DNA of 55,641 bases from Eubacteriales bacterium (GCA_045651785.1 JAZRTE010000102.1:1-55641), one strand, 5' to 3'. Shown: positions 23,940 to 33,633, counted from the stretch's first letter. Made by a program: numbers and translations. The notes: generated by a model from the sequence alone, not told the origin.

Positions 23940-25064
23940 TTATATTCTGGTCGCGCGCCATACCAACGCGCTTCTTGCAGGCACGTCGGCAAAGGCACCG
24001 CAGGAAAATTCGCCGAGATCGACGTGATTGACACAGTCACGGATACGCACCTTATCGGTGATCTCCCAACCGCAGTAATCCCAAGAAAGGATCATTTTTT
24101 TAGGATCGTCGGTTTCGTTGACAAGGCAGAACGCGATATCGCCGTTGGCAAGAGGACGTGCGAGAATGAAATCGTTGTTGCTCATCGGAGGAAGCGTATA
24201 TGCCTGAACGCCCAAATCATCCTGATTTATTGCTATAAGCTCCTTGTTGAGCAAAATATTCGCTATTTCGGGAGTGGTCTTTCTTACGTCGTGACCCATA
24301 AGCAGAGGTGCGGAAAGCATACACCAGATCGAAAAATGCGCGCTGTATTCGTTAAGAGTACAACCGCCGCCGATCTGACCTACCCAACCCTCGCCGTTAA
24401 GTCCGACAACCATCATATCGGGATCGTTCCAACCGCAAGGGCCGGAATATGCGCCTACGGTAAGTGCGTTCTTGGCTACCTTGATTATCGATTCCCAGCT
24501 ATCCTGAATATCGCCCGAAAGCCGCCACATCGAAGCACCCGTCTGGCGCATCCATTGGGTAACGTGGGTATGGCCGTAGCATCCCGAGAAAATAATATCT
24601 CTGCCGCTCTCGCGCAATGCCTGACCCATTCTTCTGAAAAGATGGGAGGGATCCTGTCCCGGTGCAACGTAGCCGAAATCATATTTAAGAAGGTCAACGC
24701 CCCATTCCGCAAACTTCTTTGCATCCTGACGCTCGTGACCGAAGCTGCCCTCGCAATTTGCATAAGTAAGCACGCCCGCACCCGCATAAAGTCCGTATTT
24801 AAAGCCGCGCTCGTGCAGATAATCGCCGATCGCCTTCATACCCGAGGGGAATCTTTCCTTCCAAGGTACAAGGTCGCCGTTTTCGTCACGGCCCCTTTGA
24901 AGCCACGCATCGTCTATTGAAACGATGTTATAGCCCGCCTCCAAAAAGCCCATATCCTTCATCGCATCGGCGGTTTCCTTAACCACCGTTTCGTTTATAT
25001 GCTCCCAGCCGAAATAGTTCCAAGCGTTCCAACCCATCGGCGGTTTTAATAAATGCATTGCCAT
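23940..25064 (-). CDS. Glycoside hydrolase family 27 alpha-galactosidase / alpha-N-acetylgalactosaminidase-like
   Basis: PPMGWNAWNYF, SIDDAWL and DLLKYDF (nucleophile region). No signal peptide. Confidence 0.85.
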   Translation of the reverse strand: MAMHLLKPPMGWNAWNYFGWEHINETVVKETADAMKDMGFLEAGYNIVSIDDAWLQRGRDENGDLVPWKERFPSGMKAIGDYLHERGFKYGLYAGAGVLTYANCEGSFGHERQDAKKFAEWGVDLLKYDFGYVAPGQDPSHLFRRMGQALRESGRDIIFSGCYGHTHVTQWMRQTGASMWRLSGDIQDSWESIIKVAKNALTVGAYSGPCGWNDPDMMVVGLNGEGWVGQIGGGCTLNEYSAHFSIWCMLSAPLLMGHDVRKTTPEIANILLNKELIAINQDDLGVQAYTLPPMSNNDFILARPLANGDIAFCLVNETDDPKKMILSWDYCGWEITDKVRIRDCVNHVDLGEFSCGAFADVPARSALVWRATRI

Positions 25065-25174
25065 AATTTGCCTCTTTATCTGATTTTTTTTGTTAACTCA
25101 TTTTATACCACCGCATAGGATTTGTCAATGCGAAAATAAAAAGGAGAGAAGCTGTATCTTCCCCCCCGATTCAA

Positions 25175-25609
25175 TTATAAATACTGCCGCATTTGCATTG
25201 CAAGATCGTCCTCGAGCTTGATAAGACGGTTTGCAAAGCCCTTCGATTCGCTGTCGGCTTGAGAATATTGGTTCAGATAGCGGTTCAAAGACTTTACGCC
25301 CATATTACAGCCGTCGGTGATAAGGTCTGCAATCGTTTTGTCGGAATAATCGAACGCCATTTTCATGTTCGTCTTTATCCAGCTCATCCCCTTAGCGGCG
25401 GGCGCAGGCTCCTTGCCCTTGTCGCAATGCTCGCAAAGCTTTTGCTTTATATCGGCAAGCAGAGTTTCGTGCTGGTTACGGCAATCGGCAAGACGCTCGC
25501 GCATTTCCTTTGCCTTTACGTCGGGCAAAACGTCGTTTATCGAGGAGACCCCCATCTTCACACCCGCATCGCATTCGCGAAGAAGCTTTAAGGTATCGTT
25601 TTCGTGCAT
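25175..25609 (-). CDS. Hypothetical helical (four-helix-bundle-like) protein
   Basis: Start set at ATG 25609, which follows AGGAGA. Helix-rich composition; family not recognised with confidence. Confidence 0.55.
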   Translation of the reverse strand: MHENDTLKLLRECDAGVKMGVSSINDVLPDVKAKEMRERLADCRNQHETLLADIKQKLCEHCDKGKEPAPAAKGMSWIKTNMKMAFDYSDKTIADLITDGCNMGVKSLNRYLNQYSQADSESKGFANRLIKLEDDLAMQMRQYL

Positions 25610-25727
25610 ATTTATTCTCCTTTTTTGTTGTTTTTTATAGTATGCACGCCTTCCGCAGAGTTCATTCATATTGACAAAATTTCAATGCCGTTATAAAATG
25701 AAAAACAGCATACGGAGGTAATTTGAT

Positions 25728-27710
25728 ATGAAAAAACACATTTTTCCGATATTTTTATCTATATTGATACCCTTTTCGGCAATGCTTTACTCCTGCTCGA
25801 CCGAATCGGGGCAATCAAGCATCCCCGAAACCGAAAGCGGGGTATCCAACGCCGATTCCGAAGGTGTCTCCGAGGAAGCTCCGTCCGATATCTCGGACAA
25901 TACCTCTGACACTGCGTCGGAGGAAGCCTCGGATAACACCTCAAGCGACGTTTCGGACGAAACGGATGAGGCTGTTAAAAACGAACCGATAACCCGTCCG
26001 ACCGATTACCCCACGCTTTGCGGCAGCTTTATGCAGGCAAATGCGTTTACGGGCTATTCGACCGACCGAATGAAGGCGCATTTGCAGAATATGTACGACG
26101 TCGGAATCGATATGCTTATCGTTCAATGGACGTTTGAAACAACCTCCGAAGGCGTCAAAAGCGTTCTTTTCGAGGATGGATTTGAAGCAAACGAAAAGAC
26201 CGCAGATTTTGACAACAGCGGCAGGGCTACGCTTGAAACCATTCTCGCGGCGGCAGAGGCTGTAGGATTCAAGGTCTTTATCGGTCTTAACGACAGCGAT
26301 GAATGGTGGCAAAAGTCGGTCACCGACAAAAATTGGATAGAACAGCAAGCGAAGCTCGGTCTTGACGGTGCAAAGCAGATGTACGAAAAATACAAAACGC
26401 GCTACCCCAACGCATTTTACGGTTGGTATTTCGTTTTTGAGTTTTATAATATGAACGCGCCCGAATTTCTGCTCGATAACGCGGCTTATCTTTTAAACCT
26501 CTACCGCAACGGACTTTATGAGCTTGATGCCGAAATGCCGATGATGCTTTCGCCCTATATTTCCTCGTCGGGCGCAACGCCTGCCTATACACAAAGTCTT
26601 TGGAAGTACGTTTTCGGCAAGACCGATTTCAGAAAAGGCGATATCTTCTGCTGTCAGGATTCGGTCGGTGCGGGACACATCACCCTTGACAAGCTTGATG
26701 ACTATTACAGAGCGATAAAGAACGCCGTCGATACAAAGGACGGTCTTAAATTCTGGGCAAACAACGAATGCTTTACCCAATCCGATTGGTCGACCGCACC
26801 GCTTGACAGATTCGTCGAGCAGTTAAAAATCTCGTCCAAATACGTTGAAGCGCACATAACCTTTGCCTATTCGCATTACGCGAATCCCGATACGGGCAAG
26901 ACCGGTTACCATCTCGCATATAAGACCTATTACGAAACCGGAAAAATACCCGAACCGATTCTTAAAAAGCCCGAAATCACCTATACAACCGAAGCGTCGG
27001 GCGCTACCGTTAAGATAAGCGGCAGTATACAAAACGCCGATAAAACGCTTATGGGCATCCGCATCAGTAAAAACGGCGAACCGATAAAGCTTATCGACCT
27101 TTCCGCGCAGTACGGCAAGGACGAATATTCCTTTAATTTCGCCGATTACAACCTCGACGGAAGCGGTAAAGCAAAATATTCGGTCTGCGGTGTCGATTAT
27201 TACAACAACGACGGCGAAGCGTTTGAGTTTGAAGTCGATTTCAAGGGTAAAAACGGCAAAAACGTCGCAATCGGCAAATCCTACTCACTGCTCACTCCGC
27301 CCGAAACGAATTACCCCGATGAAAGCGGTATGTCGCTTACCGACGGAAAATTCGGCGAAGCTTCATATTGGAGTCCCGAATGGGTAGGATTCCTTACCAA
27401 GCCCGAGATAATCGTCGACCTCGGCAAGACCGAGGAAAGCATTTATGCGATAGATGTCAACACCTTGGGCGGCGGAAGCGCGGCGGTTTATGCCCCGACC
27501 GAAATGACGGTTTTCGTTTCCGATGACGGCGTCAGCTTCCGACAGGTCGCGTTTAAGACCTATGACCCCGATCTCGGCGTCGATTCGCAAAATACGGTGT
27601 TACGCAATGTAATACTCGACGAAACGGCCTCGGGCAGATATGTGAAAATCGCAATAGCGACCGACCAAAGCTGGATATTTATTGACGAAATAAGCATTTA
27701 CGCTGAATAA
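25728..27710 (+). CDS. Lipoprotein with DUF4434 (TIM-barrel glycosidase-like) domain and C-terminal F5/8 type C (discoidin) domain
   Basis: Signal/lipobox ...SAMLYSC and an acidic Ser/Asp/Glu linker. CGSFMQ...GIDMLIVQW and FYGWYFVFE are DUF4434-like. The C-terminus LTDGKFG...YVKIAIATDQSWIFIDEISIY is discoidin-like. Confidence 0.7.
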   Translation: MKKHIFPIFLSILIPFSAMLYSCSTESGQSSIPETESGVSNADSEGVSEEAPSDISDNTSDTASEEASDNTSSDVSDETDEAVKNEPITRPTDYPTLCGSFMQANAFTGYSTDRMKAHLQNMYDVGIDMLIVQWTFETTSEGVKSVLFEDGFEANEKTADFDNSGRATLETILAAAEAVGFKVFIGLNDSDEWWQKSVTDKNWIEQQAKLGLDGAKQMYEKYKTRYPNAFYGWYFVFEFYNMNAPEFLLDNAAYLLNLYRNGLYELDAEMPMMLSPYISSSGATPAYTQSLWKYVFGKTDFRKGDIFCCQDSVGAGHITLDKLDDYYRAIKNAVDTKDGLKFWANNECFTQSDWSTAPLDRFVEQLKISSKYVEAHITFAYSHYANPDTGKTGYHLAYKTYYETGKIPEPILKKPEITYTTEASGATVKISGSIQNADKTLMGIRISKNGEPIKLIDLSAQYGKDEYSFNFADYNLDGSGKAKYSVCGVDYYNNDGEAFEFEVDFKGKNGKNVAIGKSYSLLTPPETNYPDESGMSLTDGKFGEASYWSPEWVGFLTKPEIIVDLGKTEESIYAIDVNTLGGGSAAVYAPTEMTVFVSDDGVSFRQVAFKTYDPDLGVDSQNTVLRNVILDETASGRYVKIAIATDQSWIFIDEISIYAE

Positions 27711-27711
27711 C

Positions 27712-27744
27712 AAAAAAGCGGTAGGAATCATCCTGCCGCTTTTA
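27712..27744. terminator. Bidirectional terminator
   Basis: AAAAAGCGGTAGGA-atca-TCCTGCCGCTTTT. Confidence 0.75.
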
Positions 27745-27756
27745 TATTGTTTTATG

Positions 27757-29055
27757 TTATTCGTCGTCTTCTTCACCGAGGTTGATGACCTTACGGGGAA
27801 CGATATCGCCTGCTTTGGTAAGCGCGATCTTTGTAAGCATCGGGCCGACAAGCTCGTAAACGAGAACCGCGAAAAGCGTGATGTTACGAATCATCGCACC
27901 TGCTTCGCCGAGGGATTCAGCCGCGATGAGCGACATACCCAACGCGACGCCCGCTTGGGGAAGAAGCGTAATGCCGAGATATTTTGTAATGGTGGGGTCG
28001 CATTTCATCATCTTTGCGCTCAACGATGCGCCGAGGATCTTACCAATCGAACGGGTAAGGATGTAAACCACACCGACAAGAACGATAAGCCAATTACTGA
28101 ACATATCGAACTTGAGCTCTGCGCCCGAAAGCACAAAGAAAAGGAGGAAGAGGGGCGCAGTCCATTTGTCGGTCTTGCCCATGATCTCGTCCGAAAAATC
28201 GCACATATTGCAGAAAACGGTACCGAGCATCATACAAACCAAAAGCGAGGAGAACTTGATGTGAACGTCGCCGATATGAGTTTCGAACATCGAAAGCGCA
28301 ACCGCCATAATTACGAAGGTGATGGAAAGGGTCAAGCGCTTACTGTTGGACTTGAAGTATTTTTCCGCCGCGCTGAAAAGGATACCGAGCACAAGACCGA
28401 GAGCAAGCGAAAGAACGACCTCCAAAAGCGGTTCGATAAGAACCGAAATCGCGCTTAACGCCTCGCCGTTTTGTATCGAGCCTGCAATGCCGAACGATAC
28501 TGCGAAAACAACAAGGCCGACAGCGTCGTCGATAGCAACGACGGGAAGAAGAATATCGGTAAGCTTACCCTTTGCCTTATACTGACGAACGACCATAAGC
28601 GTTGCCGCAGGTGCGGTTGCGGTCGCAACTGCGCCGAGCACCAATGCCGCAGGTGTGTTAATAACGTCTTCGGGGAGGAATTGGCAAAGTCCGATAAGCG
28701 CAAGGTCAACAACGAGCGTTGCAACGAGAGCCTGGAAAATACCGATAACAGTTGCCTGCTTACCGATTTTTTTAAGCTGACTCAAACGGAATTCGTCACC
28801 GATCGCAAACGCGATAAAGCCCAAAGCAACCTTCGAAAGGATGTTGTTGTTTTCGACCGCTTCGGCATTTGCAAAGCCAAGCCATTCAACACCGGTGAGA
28901 GTTGCGAGCTGACCGAGGCAATAAGGACCGACGAGGATACCTGCGATGAGATAACCCGTAACGGCAGGGAGCTTGAATTTTTTAACCAAACGCGAGAGCA
29001 AAAGACCCGCTGTCATGGCAATACCTATCGGCATTAAAGTTTCCAAAAAAGTCAC
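27757..29055 (-). CDS. Cation:proton antiporter (CPA2-type Na+/H+ or K+/H+ exchanger)
   Basis: Multi-TM protein with an N-terminus like KLPAVTGYLIAGILVGPYCLG. The start is uncertain (GTG 29055 or ATG 29034). Confidence 0.85.
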   Translation of the reverse strand: MTFLETLMPIGIAMTAGLLLSRLVKKFKLPAVTGYLIAGILVGPYCLGQLATLTGVEWLGFANAEAVENNNILSKVALGFIAFAIGDEFRLSQLKKIGKQATVIGIFQALVATLVVDLALIGLCQFLPEDVINTPAALVLGAVATATAPAATLMVVRQYKAKGKLTDILLPVVAIDDAVGLVVFAVSFGIAGSIQNGEALSAISVLIEPLLEVVLSLALGLVLGILFSAAEKYFKSNSKRLTLSITFVIMAVALSMFETHIGDVHIKFSSLLVCMMLGTVFCNMCDFSDEIMGKTDKWTAPLFLLFFVLSGAELKFDMFSNWLIVLVGVVYILTRSIGKILGASLSAKMMKCDPTITKYLGITLLPQAGVALGMSLIAAESLGEAGAMIRNITLFAVLVYELVGPMLTKIALTKAGDIVPRKVINLGEEDDE

Positions 29056-29231
29056 CTGTCTTTCATATTAATAAAATGCAAAAACGCAAAAATTTCAAAT
29101 TCCAAACGCAGATGATAACACAACCGAAACGCATTTTCAATAGTTTTTTCGAATTTGCAAATTTTTCTAAATTCGACACAGTAAACCCCTAATCAACTGC
29201 AAAAAAGAGAGCAAAATTTACAAAATGTCGG

Positions 29232-29261
29232 TTGACACGGCACGCGAACCGATGATATAAT
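29232..29261 (+). promoter_or_regulatory. Sigma-70-like promoter, TTGACA-18-TATAAT (TGn extended)
   Basis: TTGACA 29232-29237 and TGaTATAAT ending at 29261; 30 nt upstream of the ATG at 29291. Confidence 0.6.
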
Positions 29262-29290
29262 CGGCAGAAAGCTAAGAAAGGGTAAAGAAC

Positions 29291-30031
29291 ATGCGTATGA
29301 ACAAGATTTCCAAATTGATATTTCTTGCAGTTTTATCGCTTCTTTTTATATCGTCAGCGGTCCTTTCCCTGCTTATTTGGAACGGAGAAATACTTATCAA
29401 CAACCCAAGCCGCGAGGAATACCCCGTGCGCGGTGTTGACGTTTCGGCTTATCAGGGCAGTATCGATTGGAGCTTGCTTGCCTCGCAGGATATTGATTTT
29501 GCATTTATCAAGGCAACCGAGGGGTCGGGCTTTACCGATCGAAATTTCGTTTTTAATTACGGCGAGGCACTGAAGACCGACCTGCGCGTCGGAGCATATC
29601 ATTTCTTCAGCTTTGAAAGCGGCGGAGATACCCAAGCCGCACATTTCATAAATACCGTACCGAAGACCGAAAATATGCTTCCGCCAGTGATCGACCTTGA
29701 ATTTTACGGCAGTTTTTCGGCCGAAAACGTCGAAAGAGGCAAGATCGTTAGCGAGCTTGATAAAATGATAGCTGCGCTTTATTCTCACTACGGTATGTAC
29801 CCTATCATTTATACCGCAGAGGAGGAATATGCGCTTTTCGTCGAAGGCGGATACGAAAACAACCCGATATGGATTCGAGGAGTTTACTCAAAGCCCGACA
29901 TCGAAAAGCTTTGGACCTTTTGGCAATATACGAACCGCGCCCGTCTCGACGGATATAACGGAACCGAACGGTTTATCGATATGAACGTTTTTTACGGAAG
30001 CAAGGAAAGCTTTGAACGCTTCGGGAAATGA
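29291..30031 (+). CDS. GH25 family lysozyme (muramidase) with N-terminal membrane anchor/signal
   Basis: RGVDVSAYQGSIDW, DFAFIKATEG and GAYHFF motifs. Alternative start at ATG 29297. Confidence 0.9.
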   Translation: MRMNKISKLIFLAVLSLLFISSAVLSLLIWNGEILINNPSREEYPVRGVDVSAYQGSIDWSLLASQDIDFAFIKATEGSGFTDRNFVFNYGEALKTDLRVGAYHFFSFESGGDTQAAHFINTVPKTENMLPPVIDLEFYGSFSAENVERGKIVSELDKMIAALYSHYGMYPIIYTAEEEYALFVEGGYENNPIWIRGVYSKPDIEKLWTFWQYTNRARLDGYNGTERFIDMNVFYGSKESFERFGK

Positions 30032-30037
30032 ACAAAC

Positions 30038-30065
30038 AAAAAAGAGCCGTTTAAGGCTCTTTTTA
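30038..30065. terminator. Bidirectional terminator
   Basis: AAAAAGAGCC-gtttaa-GGCTCTTTTT. Confidence 0.7.
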
Positions 30066-30071
30066 CATTTT

Positions 30072-30962
30072 TTACGGAATATCCTCGACAACACATTCGG
30101 GCGGAGAATCCAAAAGCTCGGGCTTACGCATAAGGCTGTTAAAATAGCGGAGCGATACCGAATAGGCGTGTCCGTCTGCAATGCGCTCGTCACAGGTGAT
30201 ACGGTAGTCGACATAGGACACTTTTTTGATGCTTCCGTCTGCCTGAAGCAGGTTTTCCTTATATTTTCTGCCGAAGGCGAAAAATATCGGAATGTTGCCG
30301 AAATTATATAAATGGTGATAAACCGGCGGTATACCGAGAGAACCGAGCGAGGTTACGACCAGACTTCCGTGAAAGGGCGAGACCGAGGTAAGCGATCTCG
30401 GAACAAGTCCGTAAAACTCCAGCTTTTCCAGAAACCAAGCGATGATTCGCATCAAAAAACGCGGAAGCTTGTTCAACATCCTTGCAACACCTTCAAAATC
30501 GTCGTTTGCTTCGAGTGCCTCCTTTATGACCTTGTTGGTAATGCGGTAGACCTCCTCTGCGGTGGCTTCGGGCGGATAGATGAGCTTGACCACCGTATCG
30601 TCGGCATTGACCTTCATTTCCTTTTTGACGGTCATAACTATTTCGATATTATTTCTTGCATAAATGCGCCTTCCGCGAACGAAACGGTTCATTTCGGGAT
30701 GCTGTGAGTACATCCGTACCAATGCGGCAAGGAAAAGATGCATAATGCTGAAATCGGTCAATCCCGCTTCGCGCTTTTGCTTTATGTATTCCTCGGCGGT
30801 ACTGATATCGAGCTTGTCGGAAAAATAGTTAGTCGCATCGTTGCGTTCTTTCATGAGATAGATGCCTACGTAATGCATAGGGTCGAGCGTACGGACGCGT
30901 CTTCCCTCTTTTTTCGCCTTGTTTTTCAATGCTTTTGCGGCTTTCTTTTCTTCTCTGTTCAC
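30072..30962 (-). CDS. 2-oxoacid dehydrogenase E2 / CAT-fold acyltransferase catalytic-domain-like protein (stand-alone)
   Basis: The C-terminal block YRITCDERIADGHAYS aligns with the E2 motif S-x-DHRxxDG. No lipoyl or E1/E3-binding domains. GTG start follows AAGGAGCGA. Confidence 0.6.
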   Translation of the reverse strand: MNREEKKAAKALKNKAKKEGRRVRTLDPMHYVGIYLMKERNDATNYFSDKLDISTAEEYIKQKREAGLTDFSIMHLFLAALVRMYSQHPEMNRFVRGRRIYARNNIEIVMTVKKEMKVNADDTVVKLIYPPEATAEEVYRITNKVIKEALEANDDFEGVARMLNKLPRFLMRIIAWFLEKLEFYGLVPRSLTSVSPFHGSLVVTSLGSLGIPPVYHHLYNFGNIPIFFAFGRKYKENLLQADGSIKKVSYVDYRITCDERIADGHAYSVSLRYFNSLMRKPELLDSPPECVVEDIP

Positions 30963-30999
30963 ACAAGTCGCTCCTTGTTAATAAAAATTAACTTTACGA

Positions 31000-31028
31000 T
31001 ATGATAACACATTTCCGACAATTTTTCA
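31000..31028 (-). promoter_or_regulatory. Promoter TTGAAA-17-TATCAT (leftward), mirror copy of the rightward promoter
   Basis: Minus strand reads TTGAAAaattgtcggaaatgtgtTATCAT; 38 nt upstream of the GTG at 30962. Confidence 0.55.
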
Positions 31029-31066
31029 AGTATATATTTTTTCGCTCGAAAAGAGATGAAAATATA

Positions 31067-31095
31067 CTTGAAATTGTGCAAAGAGTGTGTTATCA
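31067..31095 (+). promoter_or_regulatory. Promoter TTGAAA-17-TATCAT (rightward)
   Basis: TTGAAAttgtgcaaagagtgtgtTATCAT; 35 nt upstream of the ATG at 31130. Confidence 0.55.
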
Positions 31096-31129
31096 TTTCT
31101 GTGTATAAATATATTACGGAGGGATTTTT

Positions 31130-32713
31130 ATGAAAAAGCTCAGACTTTTATCGCTTCTTCTTGTGCTCTGCTTTGTAAGCGCACTTGCATTGACCGCTTG
31201 CGATGATGCGAGCACCGAATCGAGTACGTCAAACAATTCCGATTCGGAGGTCTCCGCCGAGGTTTCCTACGGCGAATTCCAGGACTCTACCGGTAGATAT
31301 ATGGCGACCCTCAGCGGCACTGATTATACCGGCAAGACCTTCACCTTTCTCACCTGCAGCGTTAATACCACCTATGAATCCGAAATACTTTATAACCCCT
31401 ATGCGGACAGCTCGCAAAAGACCTACGTTGACGGTCTTACCGCTACGATGCCCGTAGTGCTTAACGAAAGTCTCAAGCTTCGTACCGATGCTGTTGAGCA
31501 GATCCTCGGCATCAAGATTGAGGAAATGCGAGTTCACGATACCGGCGGACGTCCCGGCGGCGGTATGGCAAAGGCCATCCGTGAGGGCAATATGTCGGCA
31601 ACCACCGATTATCAGGTAGTCGTTCCCTGCCTTTACGACGGTGCAATGCTCTCCATCGAGGAAATGTTTTATAACCTCTATGACATCAACGGACTTCAGA
31701 TGAACGCTCCTTGGTGGAATCAGGAGTTCAACGAAAGCATGACCTATGCGGGACAGCTTTATTTTGCTATCGGCGATATCGGTATCGTTAACAAATCGAG
31801 CACTGCGGCGCTTTACGTAAACCTTGACCTTTGGAACAAAAACGGCATTACCGACAAGCTCGGCGGCAACCCTTACGATCTTGTACGCGACGGCAAATGG
31901 ACCGTAGATACCGTTTTCGAGGCAGCCTCGCTCATTTCCAAGGATCTTAACAATTCAAACACCATCGACTATAAGGATGAATTCGGCTGGGGCGGTCAGC
32001 TTGACGATATGTGGAGCATCTTCTACGCATCGGGCGAAAGAATCGCTTCCGCAGACAAGGATGGCTATCCTACCCTTACTATGTACAACGAACGCAGTGC
32101 AAAGCTTATGGAAAAAATGCAGGAATTCGTTCAAAATAAGGAAAGCTACGTTTCTGCAAACGATTTCTTCGGTGTAGTCGAATGGCCGAGCGTTCTCGTT
32201 CAGGAAGCGTTCACCTCGGGCAGAGCACTCTTCTATAACGGAAACGTCGGCACAGTTATCGAGCTTGGCGTTATGGAACAGCACTTCGGTATGGTTCCCG
32301 TTCCCAAGGCTGACGAGATACAGGATACCTATTATTCGCTCGTTAACCCTTGGTCGAGCACCTGCTTCGCAGTTCCCACCTGCGTACCCGAATCCGACCT
32401 TACGATGGTTGCAGACGTTCTTAACGCTATGGGTGCAGGCAGTCTTAACATCGTATCTCCCAACTATAAGGAAATCCTTGAGTATATGAAGATACGCGAC
32501 GACGATTCTGTCGATATGCTCAACAATTACATCCTTCCCAACCGTGGCTGCGACATCGGTATGGCATTCAAGTGGGGCGGTCTTGACATTCTTCTCCACG
32601 ATATGGCAAGCGCAAACATCGGCACCTTTGCATCGGCTTATCAGCAAAAGGAATCGATCGCTCAAAGCCAGCTTGCAAACACGCTTGAATTCTTCAAGGA
32701 AAACGAAAAATAA
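31130..32713 (+). CDS. Large extracellular solute-binding lipoprotein (ABC SBP family 1-like), orphan
   Basis: Lipobox LALTAC. Size and blocks (PWWNQ, YDLVRDGKWTVD) resemble ~530-aa sugar SBPs of Clostridia. No permease genes are adjacent. Confidence 0.6.
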   Translation: MKKLRLLSLLLVLCFVSALALTACDDASTESSTSNNSDSEVSAEVSYGEFQDSTGRYMATLSGTDYTGKTFTFLTCSVNTTYESEILYNPYADSSQKTYVDGLTATMPVVLNESLKLRTDAVEQILGIKIEEMRVHDTGGRPGGGMAKAIREGNMSATTDYQVVVPCLYDGAMLSIEEMFYNLYDINGLQMNAPWWNQEFNESMTYAGQLYFAIGDIGIVNKSSTAALYVNLDLWNKNGITDKLGGNPYDLVRDGKWTVDTVFEAASLISKDLNNSNTIDYKDEFGWGGQLDDMWSIFYASGERIASADKDGYPTLTMYNERSAKLMEKMQEFVQNKESYVSANDFFGVVEWPSVLVQEAFTSGRALFYNGNVGTVIELGVMEQHFGMVPVPKADEIQDTYYSLVNPWSSTCFAVPTCVPESDLTMVADVLNAMGAGSLNIVSPNYKEILEYMKIRDDDSVDMLNNYILPNRGCDIGMAFKWGGLDILLHDMASANIGTFASAYQQKESIAQSQLANTLEFFKENEK

Positions 32714-32725
32714 TAAACTGATCGC

Positions 32726-32760
32726 GAGAAGCCCGATTTTTAAATTTCGGGCTTCTCTTT
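32726..32760 (+). terminator. Rho-independent terminator
   Basis: GAGAAGCCCGA-tttttaaatt-TCGGGCTTCTC, followed by TTT. Confidence 0.65.
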
Positions 32761-32773
32761 AAAGGATACGATT

Positions 32774-33619
32774 ATGAGAATACTGTCATTCGGTGAGATA
32801 CTTTGGGACATCTTTCCCGACGAAAAAAAGATCGGCGGCGCCCCCTTTAACTTTGCGGCACATGCGGCAAAATTGGGTGCGGAAAGCTTTATGGTATCGG
32901 CAGTCGGCAATGACGAAAACGGTATCGACGCCTTAAGCGAGGTCGACCGCTTGGGTATCAAGCGCGATTATATCCATATAGACCGCAAATATAAGACCGG
33001 TTACTGTGCGGTTACCCTTACCGACGGCAAGCCGAGCTATGACCTCGTGCGCGACGTTGCATACGACCACATTCCCGACGTTTGCCCTCGCGGCAAGTTC
33101 GATGCGCTTTATATGGGCACTCTTGCTCTTCGTTCTCCCGATTCGAGAAGAGCCTTTGAAAAGCTGCTTAAATATACCGATGCCAAGGAGATCTTCTTCG
33201 ACGTAAATTTCCGCGGCAATTTCTACACCCGTGAGCTTGTCAGCACGCTTTTGAAGGAAACCACGATACTTAAAATAAGCGATGAGGAGATCGGATTTTT
33301 CGGCAAACGCGACCATATCAACGTACTTCTCGACCTTTCAAAGACCTACCCTAAGCTTAAATATATCTGTCTTACGCTCGGCAAGGATGGCGCGTTGGTC
33401 TATGATTGCCGCAACAAGGCGATACTCTATTCCGACAAGCCGAAGGGCACGGTCGTTTCGACAGTCGGTGCAGGCGACAGCTTTGCCGCTTGCTTCCTTG
33501 TAAGCATACTTTCGGGCAAATCTGTAAGCGCTTCGCTCGACCGCGCGGTCATATTGAGCGATTTCGTGGTAACACAATTGGGAGCGGTTCCCGATTACGA
33601 CGCAAAAAAATTGTTCTGA
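32774..33619 (+). CDS. PfkB-family carbohydrate kinase (fructokinase-like)
   Basis: N-terminus FGEILWDIFPDEKKIGGAPFNFA and C-terminal VVSTVGAGDSFAACFL (PfkB signature 2). Confidence 0.85.
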   Translation: MRILSFGEILWDIFPDEKKIGGAPFNFAAHAAKLGAESFMVSAVGNDENGIDALSEVDRLGIKRDYIHIDRKYKTGYCAVTLTDGKPSYDLVRDVAYDHIPDVCPRGKFDALYMGTLALRSPDSRRAFEKLLKYTDAKEIFFDVNFRGNFYTRELVSTLLKETTILKISDEEIGFFGKRDHINVLLDLSKTYPKLKYICLTLGKDGALVYDCRNKAILYSDKPKGTVVSTVGAGDSFAACFLVSILSGKSVSASLDRAVILSDFVVTQLGAVPDYDAKKLF

Positions 33620-33633
33620 GATCGAAAAAACTG

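Noticed and set aside
29056-29290. Long (235-nt) intergenic region upstream of the GH25 lysozyme as a possible riboswitch or leader
   Set aside because: It is a divergent promoter region between the antiporter and GH25 genes. The consensus promoter lies only 30 nt from the GH25 start, and no known riboswitch core motifs were recognised.
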